Of a stretch of 64,000 nt of DNA, positions 62,701 through 64,000 are shown one piece after another. Position 1 is the first letter of the stretch, and each line of letters starts with the position of its first letter. The notes below the pieces were generated by a model, which worked only from the letters and a program-made list of their open reading frames with translations, did no database searches and was not told the origin of the DNA. This stretch comes from Lingula anatina. Lineage: Eukaryota; Animalia; Brachiopoda. The stretch is from contig CM120646.1 in assembly GCA_051362555.1 (NCBI GenBank), positions 16,864,001-16,928,000 on the forward strand. Direction: 5' to 3'. The position numbers were made by a program, and so were the translations under genes.

Positions 62701-64000
62701 TTACTTGACTTTTTCCTTTCCTGACTGCAGGGTAATAACAAGAAGAGTTAGTAATTGCTTCAAGTCAGGTTTGTCACATGAGCTTTGTCAAAACTCAAGT
62801 TAACAGACTGTAAAAATTGTTTGCTTCTCATAAAGCACAAAGACTTTCCAATTTAAACAAAACCAAGGTTTCATTAGATTGCTCAACTCATTGAACCACT
62901 GTAAGTTACCTCATCCTTTTCTTTTCACTGGTATTTCATCGATGGCATTGTCTTCTTGTTTCTTTTCTCCTTTCTATTTCTTTCAATATTTAAGAACTTT
63001 CAGTCACGAATACTGTCCGTCCATCTTTAGCCCACAAAGTGTGACAGGTAAGATGTACAATAATGTTAAATGTTCTCAAAGGTTGTCTCCTTTCTGGAAA
63101 ACTAAGCTGGGTTTCTCCTTTCTCATGTGTTTTACCAGCAAGTCTAGGCCTGCTCAGACATTCAGCACCAGGAATCTGAACTATGCTCAGTCAGAGTCTA
63201 ATATAATTCTGATCATTACTGATAACCAGGGTGTCAATTATCATTTGTATCCTCCTCCCGCAAGTCAGAGACAATCAGAAAGATATGCCTTCATAATGTC
63301 ACTGTCCACATGCCAAATTTTCTAACTTACCAAAGAAAGTTCATAAAAGCTTCTCCACATAGGAAATTCTTATTATTAGTCTTTTTCCTGTATTTCTGCT
63401 CAATGATAAGTAAACAATTACTGTTTCATCCACTTGATACTATGACTTTTTTTCGATGTAAGATTTGTACAGACCACTTTCAGATACACATCTGTAAGCA
63501 CTGTATCTCTGACAGTCAGTTGTAACAATTGTGTTTTTTGCCTGGAAAACATTTGACACACACAAAAAAAAAAGTTATGTTGATAGTTACATCACTTATC
63601 CACAAAACAAATGCCTTGACTCCAACCTCTTCTTCTGAATCAGTCCTTCGTGTAGAGGTAAAAATTTTCATAACATTATAATATCAACATGAAGTGGATG
63701 TCACTATGGGATATAGTTTCTGTGGAGTGTGTATGTAGAGAGCAGTTCCCATTCATATCACATATCACATCACTGTTATGGAAGAGCAAACCTTGGGTTA
63801 AATTGGACGTGTAATCTTTAAGAATCCCTATCTGTCATTCCGCTTGTCCTCCCAGGCAGATCATCTTTGTGACACTACAGTAGCACTCATAAATACTGCT
63901 ACGGTGGAGATGCAGTTACGACAGGTTTTTAACTGTGGTAAATCTTCCGCAGCTGTGCCGTTAATCGTGATCATTACTGTAGCACATGGCTACACAGCAG

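Noticed and set aside
61986-63525. ORFs of 60-148 aa near the window end
   Set aside because: No recognisable domains or consistent splice structure; composition is intron-like.

Overview
AT-rich invertebrate (probably lophotrochozoan, inferred) eukaryotic genomic DNA in three blocks. (1) 1-19.5 kb, minus strand: a tandem array of five 4-exon secreted genes (signal peptide / PAN-apple domain / 40-nt linker micro-exon / fibrinogen-related FBG domain), one relic copy and two further orphan leader exons. The array shows recent ~4.2-kb duplication, apparent gene conversion in the FBG N-terminal part and a hypervariable ligand-binding region. (2) 21-32.3 kb, plus strand and head-to-head with block 1: three 3-exon genes that the ORF track does not resolve. 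Spliced by hand they encode 123-125-aa secreted beta-microseminoprotein (MSMB/PSP94)-like proteins with 8 rather than 10 cysteines, hypervariable loops and C-terminal amidation-type tails, interspersed with MITEs and a dead Tc1 element. (3) 34.8-47.1 kb and beyond, minus strand: a conserved TANC/rolling-pebbles gene (P-loop NTPase, ankyrin repeats, TPR, PDZ-binding tail). The rest to 64 kb looks intronic. All gene models were spliced by eye and have no transcript or database support.
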